Shown piece by piece: positions 12,812 through 21,730 of a stretch of DNA of 36,851 nucleotides. The DNA lies in IMG/VR virus record IMGVR_UViG_3300029267_000784, positions 1 to 36,851 of that record; one strand, written 5' to 3'. The DNA is from a virus. The first letter of the stretch is position 1, and each line of letters starts with the position of its first letter. Made by a program: the position numbers and the translations under genes. The notes beneath the pieces were generated by a model, which was given only the letters and a program-made list of their open reading frames with translations, did not search any database and was not told where the DNA came from.

Positions 12812-13005
12812 TATTTTTCCTGCTCTTTTTTCTGTTTTTCGTTGTACTCTTTTATTAATGCCTCTACTGCTTCGATTGCGCCGAGCGTTGCGTTGATTGT
12901 TGCCCGTGCTTTATCTCTTGCTTGTGATAATTGCGTATAATTCTGCTGGTGTGTTTGTAGCTGGGTTTTTAATTCTTCAAGCTTTTTTGTTAGAATGTTT
13001 ATCAC
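12811..13005 (-). CDS. 64-aa coiled-coil protein
   Basis: ORF track. The GTG start overlaps the fibre gene stop (GTGA). Confidence 0.5.
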   Translation of the reverse strand: MINILTKKLEELKTQLQTHQQNYTQLSQARDKARATINATLGAIEAVEALIKEYNEKQKKEQEK

Positions 13006-14078
13006 AATTTAGCCTCCAATGCTTTCAATCTTTCTTCTGCTTTTTTTGCCCAATTAGCTATTCCGATAGCAATCTTTGCCGGACTTTTACTGTATTTTTT
13101 AATTTCAGATTTAACTTCTTCTTTAGTGCCAAAAGCTGACGGGTGTTTATCATCTTTATCTCTGCGTAAGCGAGGTAGCCCCTCATAAGGTTTTACTGGC
13201 TTCTCGGCATCTTGTAAAGCCCACAATAAATAATCCTGATCTGTAATCTTTTTTCTTTTTAAATCTTTATTTATATCCGGCGAGAATGTATCCCAGTCAA
13301 CATCAGAATGAGCAGAACCAAACTCGTCAAAATAATACCTCAAGGTTGTATCATAATAAAATTCTAAATTGTCGCCATTCGCCTGCGGCTTAATATTCCA
13401 ATAGTAACCACCTCCATAAGTATTATGTAATTTTATACCGTCACCACCTGCACCGTTACTTATATTCAATTCTCCAGCAGGTATTGTTATATCTTGCGCC
13501 GCACTAATTTTTAGAGCATTTGTGCCTCCAGTATAAAAATCCATAACGTCGCCGGAGGATTCTACAATATAGGTATTATTCCCTGCTGTTCCGTCAAGAT
13601 ACAATTTCTTTGTTGCAGTTATTTTCATATCCTGCTTTACATAAAATACTGAAGGTTGCAAGGTCAATACCGATGTCCCGCCCACAACCATATCAACATC
13701 ATCCTCCGAACCTTCCTCGATATATGTATCTAAATCGCCGCCACCGTCGAAATATAATTTTTTTGTTGCCGCAAGGTAGGTGTCTTGTTTAATGTCAAGA
13801 TTAGCTGTCCTGAATGTTACGCATATACTGCCACCTACATAGAAATCAACGTCATCCTCTGCACCTTCAACAAAATATGTATCATCATCGCCGCCGCCGT
13901 CTAATATCAGCTTTTTTGTTGCTGTTATTTTATGCCCTTCGCTGAATACAGATGCAGAGCTAAACGTCTTAATTCCGGCAATAGTAACATCACCAGTCAA
14001 TAAATCTGTGCGTAGGTTATTGTAATGTGCGGCTAATATATCGTCTCCTGGACTTACTGCACTACTTAAGATAGCCAT
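13002..14078 (-). CDS. Tail fibre protein with three ~45-50-aa tandem repeats and a chaperone-like C-terminus
   Basis: The repeat ATKKLxxDGGGDxDTYxxEGxEDDVDxxVGG occurs three times. The C-terminal ...IAIGIANWAKKAEERLKALEAKL resembles the ends of intramolecular chaperone domains. Confidence 0.65.
   Translation of the reverse strand: MAILSSAVSPGDDILAAHYNNLRTDLLTGDVTIAGIKTFSSASVFSEGHKITATKKLILDGGGDDDTYFVEGAEDDVDFYVGGSICVTFRTANLDIKQDTYLAATKKLYFDGGGDLDTYIEEGSEDDVDMVVGGTSVLTLQPSVFYVKQDMKITATKKLYLDGTAGNNTYIVESSGDVMDFYTGGTNALKISAAQDITIPAGELNISNGAGGDGIKLHNTYGGGYYWNIKPQANGDNLEFYYDTTLRYYFDEFGSAHSDVDWDTFSPDINKDLKRKKITDQDYLLWALQDAEKPVKPYEGLPRLRRDKDDKHPSAFGTKEEVKSEIKKYSKSPAKIAIGIANWAKKAEERLKALEAKL
13491..13934 (-). 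repeat. Three tandem coding repeats inside the fibre gene
   Basis: Residues 49-196 of the 358-aa ORF align as three units. Confidence 0.8.
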
Positions 14079-14235
14079 TATGTTTACCTTCCTTGTTTAA
14101 AAATAGTAAGTATTCAAATATAGTTTTGTTTCCCGCTTCAAGATTCTGTAAATACCATGCTTCAAAATCCGCACGGTCAAAGTATTTTAAATTCTTAATC
14201 ATTATTTCTGCCTGCTGTGAATATCTTATTCTCAT
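14065..14235 (-). CDS. 56-aa hypothetical protein (MRIRYSQQAEIMIKNLKYFDRADFEAWYLQNLEAGNK...)
   Basis: Hand-translated. ATGA overlap upstream; its end overlaps the fibre gene start by 14 nt. Confidence 0.4.
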
Positions 14236-14720
14236 GATACGGTGATAATAACCTCCACGGTAAGCGTCTTTGTATTATCCTTTGTCAAATCAATATTAGC
14301 GTGTTCCATTAAAGTACCGCTATCCGCCGCCGCTGTTGCGGCTTCACCAAAAAGCCCGTACTCTTTTAATGCCCCGTTGCTTTCAGCAGTGGTAAAAAAT
14401 ACCCGTATAGTACAAGTTCTTGTACCCGCATCATACGAAGTTGAAGCAATAACTTTCCTGGCAAGCTCTGTGCCAAGAGTAGTATCACCTACCGCAACCG
14501 TTGTATTATCTGTTCCGGTTGCCCCATAGGTTACTTGCGATTCGTTAGCATATAAAGCTGTACCGGCAAGCCTGCGGGCAATAGCAACCTTCCCGGCATT
14601 CGTTATCAGGTTTTTATATTCTTTGACTTCCTTCTTGCCAGTATTCACATCCTCAAGCGTACATCTGACAATGCCGGTTATTTTTAAACCTTCGGGTTTT
14701 AATTTCATCGAATCATCCAT
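14232..14720 (-). CDS. 162-aa tail/baseplate-associated protein
   Basis: ORF track 14232..14792. I prefer the ATG at 14720 (MDDSMKLKPEG), which follows GAGG. It lies between the distal tail protein and the fibre. Confidence 0.4.
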   Translation of the reverse strand: MDDSMKLKPEGLKITGIVRCTLEDVNTGKKEVKEYKNLITNAGKVAIARRLAGTALYANESQVTYGATGTDNTTVAVGDTTLGTELARKVIASTSYDAGTRTCTIRVFFTTAESNGALKEYGLFGEAATAAADSGTLMEHANIDLTKDNTKTLTVEVIITVS

Positions 14721-16125
14721 ATTGTGCCTCATTATAAACACCCTGCGGACTTCCTCCGGGGCCGTACTGAAAATTAGGCGTATATTGCTCAAGTGACGGC
14801 GTCCCGTCGGTAATTGTTACCTCATCAATTCCGGTAATGACTGCCAATTCATCAAGTATCTCATCATCTCTAATTTCACCTTTTTTAAGGTCATCAAGTA
14901 TCTTTATCAACAACCATGTAAACCCTTGCTTCAAGGTTGCAAACGTAACATGGTACAGCATCTTTTCACCGCCGATGCATTCAATCTCAACCTCACGAAT
15001 CATGTAATATTCGTCAATATTCCTATCAGTTAAATCAATATGCAATCTCTGCCCTGTACGCCAGCCCGCATTATGAGATGTAAAAGAACCTTCAACAATC
15101 TGGTAAGCGTACTCCATTAATTCAGCCTGTCCCCGCTCCCTGGCCTGGTCTAACGTGCTGATTTTATCCTCTTTGATATATTTCTCATGGATACCGTCCC
15201 CGCCTTCTGCCGCTACACATATCGCCTGACTAACCGTGTCCTGTACCATTGAAAGTATAGGTACTTCAAACTTATATTTCATCACAACCGCTTCACCACC
15301 GCTCATGGTGATAGTATCAACCTTCAATAATTTTTCATTGTAGTTAAGCAGGAAATCATGCCCGCCTGCATCGTCAACAAATTCAATGCCTACTGTTTTA
15401 GCAACCCCGCCAACGGTAACACTCAATTCATGCGGGAAATACACAATAGGGAATTCAGTCTGTCCGGCAACCGCCGTGATTGTATCCTGCGTATATTCAG
15501 CAGAATAATAATACCCGCCTCGCACCCATATCCTATTTGCAATCTGCGTATTATCAGGCGTTATAATCAAATCAGCAAAATGGGTTCCATTATCCGTTAA
15601 TTCATACGGCGCATCATTCGTTTCAATCGGGAAAAAATGTATATCTTTGGCATAGTCAACGTACCAATCATAGCCCGTTAACTCTGCCAATTCTTCAAAA
15701 CATTCTGAAATATACTGGTAATTGAACTGCACTTTATCCAGCGTGGGGCCGGGATTCGTTACGTTTGTAACCGTGAATCCTGAAGTATAACGGGTTATAA
15801 GATCGTTTACTATGTAATACAATGATTTATCCTCATAAGTCTGCACTGCCAGCTTTTTATCAAGGTCAACCTGCCAATCAGTGCATTCGATAGTAAACAT
15901 AAAGTTTGAGCCCGCTATCTTTTGAGCTTCTATTGATACAATCCGCCCATTAAATATCTCTGTCCCGTCCTTTGTAATTTCTACTTCCTGCCCTTCCGTC
16001 GGCCGGCTGGCGTATGTATCATAATAAACGAATGACGCTGTATTAGCTTCTTTCGTCAATAAATCAGATATAACTAATTGACTTATTTCTTTAGATACTG
16101 CATTGATATTGCATACCAGAGCCAT
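14713..16125 (-). CDS. 470-aa distal tail / tail tip protein
   Basis: It lies immediately downstream of the tape measure and overlaps its stop. Assigned by position. Confidence 0.45.
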   Translation of the reverse strand: MALVCNINAVSKEISQLVISDLLTKEANTASFVYYDTYASRPTEGQEVEITKDGTEIFNGRIVSIEAQKIAGSNFMFTIECTDWQVDLDKKLAVQTYEDKSLYYIVNDLITRYTSGFTVTNVTNPGPTLDKVQFNYQYISECFEELAELTGYDWYVDYAKDIHFFPIETNDAPYELTDNGTHFADLIITPDNTQIANRIWVRGGYYYSAEYTQDTITAVAGQTEFPIVYFPHELSVTVGGVAKTVGIEFVDDAGGHDFLLNYNEKLLKVDTITMSGGEAVVMKYKFEVPILSMVQDTVSQAICVAAEGGDGIHEKYIKEDKISTLDQARERGQAELMEYAYQIVEGSFTSHNAGWRTGQRLHIDLTDRNIDEYYMIREVEIECIGGEKMLYHVTFATLKQGFTWLLIKILDDLKKGEIRDDEILDELAVITGIDEVTITDGTPSLEQYTPNFQYGPGGSPQGVYNEAQYG

Positions 16126-17822
16126 TATATACGCCTCGATTTTTTTACTTTTCTGAAAATAACATCCCCAATCATCCGTGCCTGCGCTTCGGCCTCATGA
16201 CGGGTATGTACTTGGTTGACGTTTACAATTATGTTTCCCATATTAGTAGTTGTGGAATGATTAGGGATTATTGTTTCTCCACCGTGTACGATTGCGAGCT
16301 GGGGCTGTCCTATTGCACCCGGTACAATGCCGCCTTTGTCGAAACTGCCTATGATTCCCTGCAAGCCTGCACGTGCCGCTGTAAAAGCCGCTATTACACC
16401 AGCAATCTGATAAGAAGCAACCCCCCATGTAGTAGTTGCTTCCATTATTGCTCTTGCTTTCTGATATATAAAATCTGCTGTAAGTCTATGCATTAAATAT
16501 TCTGTTGTTTTAATAAGCGTTTGTTTATATGCTTCACCAAGATTCTTCCATGTAGTTAATTCAGCAGTGCTAATTGTAGATAATGCTTGCAACCATGCAC
16601 TCTTAAACAAGTCAATACGGTTTTTTCTTTTCTCTGAAAGTTCTTCTTCTTCTTCATTGCTCTGCTCTCTTAATTCCTTTATTATCTGGTCAGCTTCTTT
16701 TTCTGCTTCCGTCATAGCATTTAATCTTTCTATATCTCTTTCTTGCACTTCATCTTTTACGATAGTTTTTTCTTCTTCCTTCAATTTAAAAGATTCAAGC
16801 TCAAGTTTATTCATATTGTCTATAGTTATGCCAGCTTCAATAATTGATTCTGTCAAATCTTCGGTCGCATCTTTTGCTTTTTTACTATGGTATTCGGCAA
16901 GTTTCCCGAATAATTTAGCGGCTGCTGTATTGCGTGATAAATACATTCTTACCTGATTGATACGCATCCCCCAAGCTGTAAACGTATCTTTTGCAATCTT
17001 AACAGCATCAATAGTAAGCGTCACGATTTTTGTAAAGCCATATATAGCTTGAGCGGCTACTTTTACAGCAAAGGATACCTTTCTTATAATGGATTCTATA
17101 TTGCCGGATTCGTCAATCCATTCTTTGACTCTCGGGACAACATTTGTTTTAACCTCTTTTATATATTCTTTTAATGTAGGCAAAAGTTTGAACCCGATAG
17201 CTTCAAAAACGTCATCACCAATAATATTGCCTAATTGAGACATCGCTCCTAAAAATGTTTGAGCGTTTGCTTCTGCCGCACCACCGAATATTTTTGAAAT
17301 ATTATCAACTGCCATTTGCAACCGTTCTGTTGACCCGACATCACCCTCAACCACTATGCCGTAACGGGTTAATGCATTCGTTGTGCTACCAACCGATTTA
17401 GCAACAAGATCAGCCGCCGCTGTTAAATCCATTTTTTTTGCGGCTGCTAAATCAAGCGTCGCCGCTGTTAACTTGTCAAGCATTTCTCCTTCAACCCCAA
17501 AATTAGTCAGCATTTTTTGAACGCCGAGGATTGCTTCGTCTCCATACTCTGTCATTTTTTGCAATGAGCTTGCGTATTTTTTATTATGTTCAAAAGCTTC
17601 CTTTGTAAACGTACCTGCTTGCTTCATAGCTTGCGCAAGCGTAAGCTCAGCACGTTCCTGTATTCCGGCCGCCTTCGCCGCTTTATATCCTACCGCCGCA
17701 AGAGCCGCACCCATAGCAAGCCCTACTTTTGCCACATCATTCAATTTTTTACGTGCGGCATCAAACCCTTTTGAGTCGAGTTTTGAGCCGATAGTAACGA
17801 AAAACGATCCGACCTCTGCCAT
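16125..17822 (-). CDS. Tail tape measure protein (565 aa)
   Basis: It follows the G/GT chaperone pair. It is long, Ala/Lys/Glu-rich and helical, with an N-terminal AKVGLAMGAALAAVGYKAAKAAG segment. Confidence 0.8.
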   Translation of the reverse strand: MAEVGSFFVTIGSKLDSKGFDAARKKLNDVAKVGLAMGAALAAVGYKAAKAAGIQERAELTLAQAMKQAGTFTKEAFEHNKKYASSLQKMTEYGDEAILGVQKMLTNFGVEGEMLDKLTAATLDLAAAKKMDLTAAADLVAKSVGSTTNALTRYGIVVEGDVGSTERLQMAVDNISKIFGGAAEANAQTFLGAMSQLGNIIGDDVFEAIGFKLLPTLKEYIKEVKTNVVPRVKEWIDESGNIESIIRKVSFAVKVAAQAIYGFTKIVTLTIDAVKIAKDTFTAWGMRINQVRMYLSRNTAAAKLFGKLAEYHSKKAKDATEDLTESIIEAGITIDNMNKLELESFKLKEEEKTIVKDEVQERDIERLNAMTEAEKEADQIIKELREQSNEEEEELSEKRKNRIDLFKSAWLQALSTISTAELTTWKNLGEAYKQTLIKTTEYLMHRLTADFIYQKARAIMEATTTWGVASYQIAGVIAAFTAARAGLQGIIGSFDKGGIVPGAIGQPQLAIVHGGETIIPNHSTTTNMGNIIVNVNQVHTRHEAEAQARMIGDVIFRKVKKSRRI

Positions 17823-17828
17823 TTAATA

Positions 17829-17978
17829 TCACCTGTCAAACGTAATAATTATTTTTGTTATCCCTTCATTATCAAATAAAAGTTCAAATTCACCATTGCT
17901 GTTATCAACCAATCCTTTTACTAATTCAGTTATAAACTTTTTACGTTCTTTCTGATTTTTAAGATTAAAAGAAATCAT
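17829..17978 (-). CDS. 49-aa hypothetical protein between GT and the tape measure
   Basis: Hand-translated: MISFNLKNQKERKKFITELVKGLVDNSNGEFELLFDNEGITKIIITFDR. ATGA overlap upstream. Confidence 0.4.
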   Translation of the reverse strand: MISFNLKNQKERKKFITELVKGLVDNSNGEFELLFDNEGITKIIITFDR

Positions 17979-18331
17979 CTGTTTATTACCTTTGTTCTGC
18001 TTTTCTTACCTATATGAAACCCGAACCGTTCTAAACTTAATTTGCTCGGCTCATCTTTTTTCAATTCTTCTTCTGTTTTAAATTGCCGTTCAAATTCAGC
18101 CCGCATCTTTTCAATCCTATCCGGCGGCACTCCGTTAATTGACAACTGCATCAGATTGCTTTCAAATTGTTCCCGTGATACGATTTCTTGCATTTTTCTT
18201 ATCCAATCTATACTATGGTCTGTTACTTCCTCAACCGTATAATTAAGATAATGTGCTATTTTGACGCATATTTTTATTATGGCGTCTTTATCAGTTTCGT
18301 TGCTTTTAGTATCCGTTGAATGTTTTTTTTT
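17975..18331 (-). CDS. T-extension of the tail assembly chaperone, reached by a -1 frameshift (GT product)
   Basis: The -1 frame is open from the A9 run at 18323..18331 through to ORF 17975..18193 (frame checked codon by codon). Confidence 0.65.
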   Translation of the reverse strand, partial: KKKHSTDTKSNETDKDAIIKICVKIAHYLNYTVEEVTDHSIDWIRKMQEIVSREQFESNLMQLSINGVPPDRIEKMRAEFERQFKTEEELKKDEPSKLSLERFGFHIGKKSRTKVINR

Positions 18332-18684
18332 ACAAGGTCAATGTCATTATGCTCGCATACTATCGCAACAATTTCAGTGCTTTTTGTTAATGACAAATTC
18401 TTTTCAAGAAAATCAATATCATCCTCTTTAAGTAATATTCCCAGAAATGATACGGTGTCTTTATCGTCGAGAAGGTCAAGAATTGTCAATATATCTTCCG
18501 TGTTAGATGTGTCATTGCTGGTTTTATCTTTCAATTCCTTTAGTTTTTTCTGGCTTGAAAGCACCGTTTTAGCAAGAAACTTTGACAGCTTCATAAATTG
18601 ATTAAGGGATAACTCACCTATTGAGTATGTACGCCCGCCAACTTTTACAACTTCTTTTTCCGGCAACAACACATTGTCATTCAT
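18277..18684 (-). CDS. Tail assembly chaperone G (135 aa)
   Basis: Acidic small protein between the major tail and tape measure genes. It contains the slippery run near its 3' end. Confidence 0.7.
   Translation of the reverse strand: MNDNVLLPEKEVVKVGGRTYSIGELSLNQFMKLSKFLAKTVLSSQKKLKELKDKTSNDTSNTEDILTILDLLDDKDTVSFLGILLKEDDIDFLEKNLSLTKSTEIVAIVCEHNDIDLVKKNIQRILKATKLIKTP
18323..18331 (-). other. Slippery site A-AAA-AAA (A9 run) for the G/GT -1 frameshift
   Basis: The zero frame reads GTA AAA AAA AAC; the heptamer is in canonical X-XXY-YYZ register. Confidence 0.65.
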
Positions 18685-18764
18685 AGGTTTTTCCTTTCGG
18701 GGCTCGGGGAGAGGGGCAATTCATCATTACCCCTAACTCCCCCAGACTTTGCTCCCCTGATTTA

Positions 18765-19649
18765 TTAGGCAGTTACGCTGAACTGCTCTATTTTCAAAGC
18801 GGCAAGATGATTGCCCGCTATATCCCGCAACCCTGTGGTAACAATCGCCTGAAACGTATCGCTTGCTGTCCACGTTGCATCAGGCGTAAATGTCACGGTT
18901 TTAGCCGCCGCATCATAGACAATCGAACCGGCAACCAGAGCCGCCGATGCCGGCGTTGTGGTATTGATAATCATAAATGTGGCATTATCATCATCACCAT
19001 ACTTAACCGTATTCTCATCAATAACCCCTGCGTCAGTGATTGTCCATACAACCGTGCCCGATGTGTCTTTTGTAACCGTCCCGCCGTCAACTGGTGTAGT
19101 AAGCTCAACCGTCGGGGCTGTGGTATCTGCGCCTGAATCAGTAACAATACACATCTGCTCATTTGCGGCCGCACTTGTATCCTGCAATACCAGGAATTCA
19201 AACTCAATCATTGTTTTGTCATTCTTTTTATATGAGTGAGTACCAGCCGCAATCGGTACAACTTTAAGGAATTCATATTTACGTGTACCGCCGCCGGATG
19301 AATTGCAGTTTATAAACAGTGTTAATTCTGTTACGGTTGAATTGCCGCCAGTGGTCAAAACACTGCCAACCAGAGCCGTTGAAGGATAGTCCCATGCCAG
19401 CCTAAGATTATCAAGCGTCGCCTCGGCAATAGAGAATTTAACCGTCATTCTCTCGCTTACTTTATCAGCACCCAGCACCCCGATATATTGATCTGCTTTC
19501 CGCTCGAAATACTCCCGGGCATTGCTTATTTCAATACCCCCTTCTGTCAATCCTAACTCCGTACAACTTCCTTCTGCTGTTCCATACGTCCCTACTTTTA
19601 CAGTGTTGGATGTTTGTAATCCCACTGTAATATTTGATGCTGTAGGCAT
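18765..19649 (-). CDS. Major tail protein with a C-terminal Ig-like domain
   Basis: It lies upstream of the chaperone pair. The C-terminal TAPTVELTTPVDGGTV...TVTFTPDATWTASDTFQAIVTTGLRDIAGN looks like a bacterial Ig-like domain. Confidence 0.65.
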   Translation of the reverse strand: MPTASNITVGLQTSNTVKVGTYGTAEGSCTELGLTEGGIEISNAREYFERKADQYIGVLGADKVSERMTVKFSIAEATLDNLRLAWDYPSTALVGSVLTTGGNSTVTELTLFINCNSSGGGTRKYEFLKVVPIAAGTHSYKKNDKTMIEFEFLVLQDTSAAANEQMCIVTDSGADTTAPTVELTTPVDGGTVTKDTSGTVVWTITDAGVIDENTVKYGDDDNATFMIINTTTPASAALVAGSIVYDAAAKTVTFTPDATWTASDTFQAIVTTGLRDIAGNHLAALKIEQFSVTA

Positions 19650-19666
19650 TGTGTTACCCCCCTTTT

Positions 19667-19843
19667 TTAATTATCTCTTTTTAATTCGACGTTTATACCT
19701 TGCGCTTGTAATATCTGTTGTATATCTTTCATTATTTTATCTTTGTTGGCTGTACGTCCTTCTTTTAACCCGAACCTGTATGAAATGTAAATACTGCTTG
19801 CAAAAAATAATATGAATATCAATAATAATTCAATCTTTTTCAT
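19667..19843 (-). CDS. 58-aa N-terminally anchored mini-protein (MKKIELLLIFILFFASSIYISY...)
   Basis: Hand-translated. ATGA overlap with the upstream gene. Confidence 0.5.
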   Translation of the reverse strand: MKKIELLLIFILFFASSIYISYRFGLKEGRTANKDKIMKDIQQILQAQGINVELKRDN

Positions 19844-20208
19844 TGTTTAAATATCTTTACAATCGTTGTTGCCACACCAATTATCAATGCAACTGTTGTC
19901 CCGTATAACCCGAATAACCAGTTTATAAGCGTTCGGTTTTGCTTCGGCGCATCTTTAATATCACGGGTTAATTCCCTTATTCTTAACTCCCGTATCTCAT
20001 CATTCTTTTTTATTAATTCAGAATGTACATCACAGGGAAGCGTATTTACTTTTTGCCATATTCTATCCACTTTAAGCGTTAACCCGTTCTCCATTTTCTT
20101 TTTTAAATCTTCAACCACTCCGGCAAGATATAAAATGTTTACATCGCCAATCCGTTTATTCGGCGTGTCTTTTAAATTATCCTCTATTCTGTCTACTATA
20201 TCGCCCAT
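19840..20208 (-). CDS. 122-aa protein with a C-terminal transmembrane helix
   Basis: ORF track; C-terminal LINWLFGLYGTTVALIIGVATTIV. Confidence 0.55.
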   Translation of the reverse strand: MGDIVDRIEDNLKDTPNKRIGDVNILYLAGVVEDLKKKMENGLTLKVDRIWQKVNTLPCDVHSELIKKNDEIRELRIRELTRDIKDAPKQNRTLINWLFGLYGTTVALIIGVATTIVKIFKQ

Positions 20209-20217
20209 ATCACCTCT

Positions 20218-21369
20218 TTATGGTACTATTAACTGCGTGCTCCATTGTGCTGGTGTTTCCCCACCACCTGAGGGGGTGTAGGTAACATATATTGAATAAA
20301 CATTATCTGAATCAGAAAATCCTCCTGTAGGCCAGTTCCATTGTCCTGAATCGTAATCGTACTCCGCATCACCCAAATCCTCGTCGTCAAACCATATCTT
20401 TACATCATACTGCCCAGAACCGCCCCAAATACAGAGCAAATATTGTTGTGCCGCTATGGTCGGTGCTGAATTAAAATTAAAGTCAATCCAGCCTGCTGTG
20501 GTAGAACTATTCTTACGTTCAGTTTCTCCGTTAGTTGTTTTAGTGTTTGTGTCGTCGTATAAATAACATCCAAGCTCATGTATAGGGTCATCCCCTGTTG
20601 ACTGTACATACGCACTCATGCTCGTTCCCGTACCCGCACTGCCGGCAGTTGCGTACGCACCTATTACATAATTTTCAAAGTTACCGCTTGATGCTCCTAT
20701 AGCATTGTCACCAAATGTATCATTTGCATATATCGGGTACACCGCAGAATCTAAAAATTTCTGTGGAATTGTTACTGTATATATTCCTTCTTTAATGTTT
20801 AAATTAGCCCACGCCTCTTTACCATTAGCGTCAACAAACTTCGGTCGATAAATATGAAATGCCTTACCTGTTTCATAATTAGTTTGCCCTGTGATATGAT
20901 TTCTTTTTGTCTTATGATATACCGCATAACTGCCAACCACGTTATCAGGTCTATGTGCTCCCATTGCTATATCTTCCGGCTGCAATTCTCCCTGATAATA
21001 AAAATTAAAGTTTTCCCAGTTTTCTATCTCAAAAGAATAAGTGTTTTTCTTGGGTTTTTTGTTGAAAATAACAATAATTTTCATACTGTCTTCTTCGGTG
21101 TAATACTCTAATGTCGTATCTTCGTTGCTTACTCTGACTTTATTGTCTAAAGTCTTTTCGTCTGAGGTAAACTTTGAACTCCCTTTAAAAGTGAATCTCA
21201 AATATTCCTCATCATTCCATTTACTCATTTTTAAACTTGGGTCAAATTTACCGTTTCCGTCTTTTAGGGTGTATATAACCGCCTTGTTGCCTTTTATATT
21301 CGTTTCATAATAGTCAGCACCGTTACATACAGACGCTATCAATAGAATCAAAACAAAGAATAAATTCAT
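20218..21369 (-). CDS. 383-aa secreted protein of unknown function
   Basis: ORF track 20218..21372 (TTG). I prefer the ATG at 21369. Signal peptide MNLFFVLILLIASVCNGA. Confidence 0.6.
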   Translation of the reverse strand: MNLFFVLILLIASVCNGADYYETNIKGNKAVIYTLKDGNGKFDPSLKMSKWNDEEYLRFTFKGSSKFTSDEKTLDNKVRVSNEDTTLEYYTEEDSMKIIVIFNKKPKKNTYSFEIENWENFNFYYQGELQPEDIAMGAHRPDNVVGSYAVYHKTKRNHITGQTNYETGKAFHIYRPKFVDANGKEAWANLNIKEGIYTVTIPQKFLDSAVYPIYANDTFGDNAIGASSGNFENYVIGAYATAGSAGTGTSMSAYVQSTGDDPIHELGCYLYDDTNTKTTNGETERKNSSTTAGWIDFNFNSAPTIAAQQYLLCIWGGSGQYDVKIWFDDEDLGDAEYDYDSGQWNWPTGGFSDSDNVYSIYVTYTPSGGGETPAQWSTQLIVP

Positions 21370-21417
21370 CAATCTTTTGTCCTCGCACCTTTAATTTTTA
21401 TTGTCCCGACATTCCCT
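21365..21417. repeat. 53-bp direct repeat, copy 1 (copy 2 at 21726..21778, 3 mismatches)
   Basis: Copy 2 encodes the last 16 codons of the 929-aa gene plus the start of the next gene. Copy 1 is a relic reading KGNVGTIKIKGARTKD-stop. Confidence 0.9.
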
Positions 21418-21421
21418 TTAA

Positions 21422-21730
21422 TTAGTCTTTTGTCTTTTTTAAATTTAAATCAAAAAAAGGTCTTAATATTTTTCTCATATCAATACTTAAAATATCAATA
21501 ATATCCTCTATTAATTGTTCATTCGTTTTCTTGGCGGTTTTTTCAGATGCTTCTTTAAATTTATTATTTTCAAGAAATAATCTTCTTATGCCTTGCATTT
21601 TATAACGATTACATTTAATATCAGCATTCATTAAATTATGCTCTATTTCGTTCATTTTCTTATAGTGAACAAACGTTTTTTTAGAGACACAACAAGGCAA
21701 CAACAATAAAATAAGTAGTATTTTTTTCAT
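21422..21730 (-). CDS. 102-aa secreted/lipoprotein-like protein
   Basis: ORF track 21422..21733. I prefer the ATG at 21730. N-terminus MKKILLILLLLPCCVS. Confidence 0.55.
   Translation of the reverse strand: MKKILLILLLLPCCVSKKTFVHYKKMNEIEHNLMNADIKCNRYKMQGIRRLFLENNKFKEASEKTAKKTNEQLIEDIIDILSIDMRKILRPFFDLNLKKTKD

Noticed and set aside
13491-13934. Tandem coding repeats in the fibre genes (also 22090..22377) as a diversity-generating retroelement target or phase-variable region
   Set aside because: There is no reverse transcriptase anywhere in the genome and no non-coding template copy of the repeats. The repeat units are diverged at the DNA level, as in ordinary fibre beta-structure repeats.
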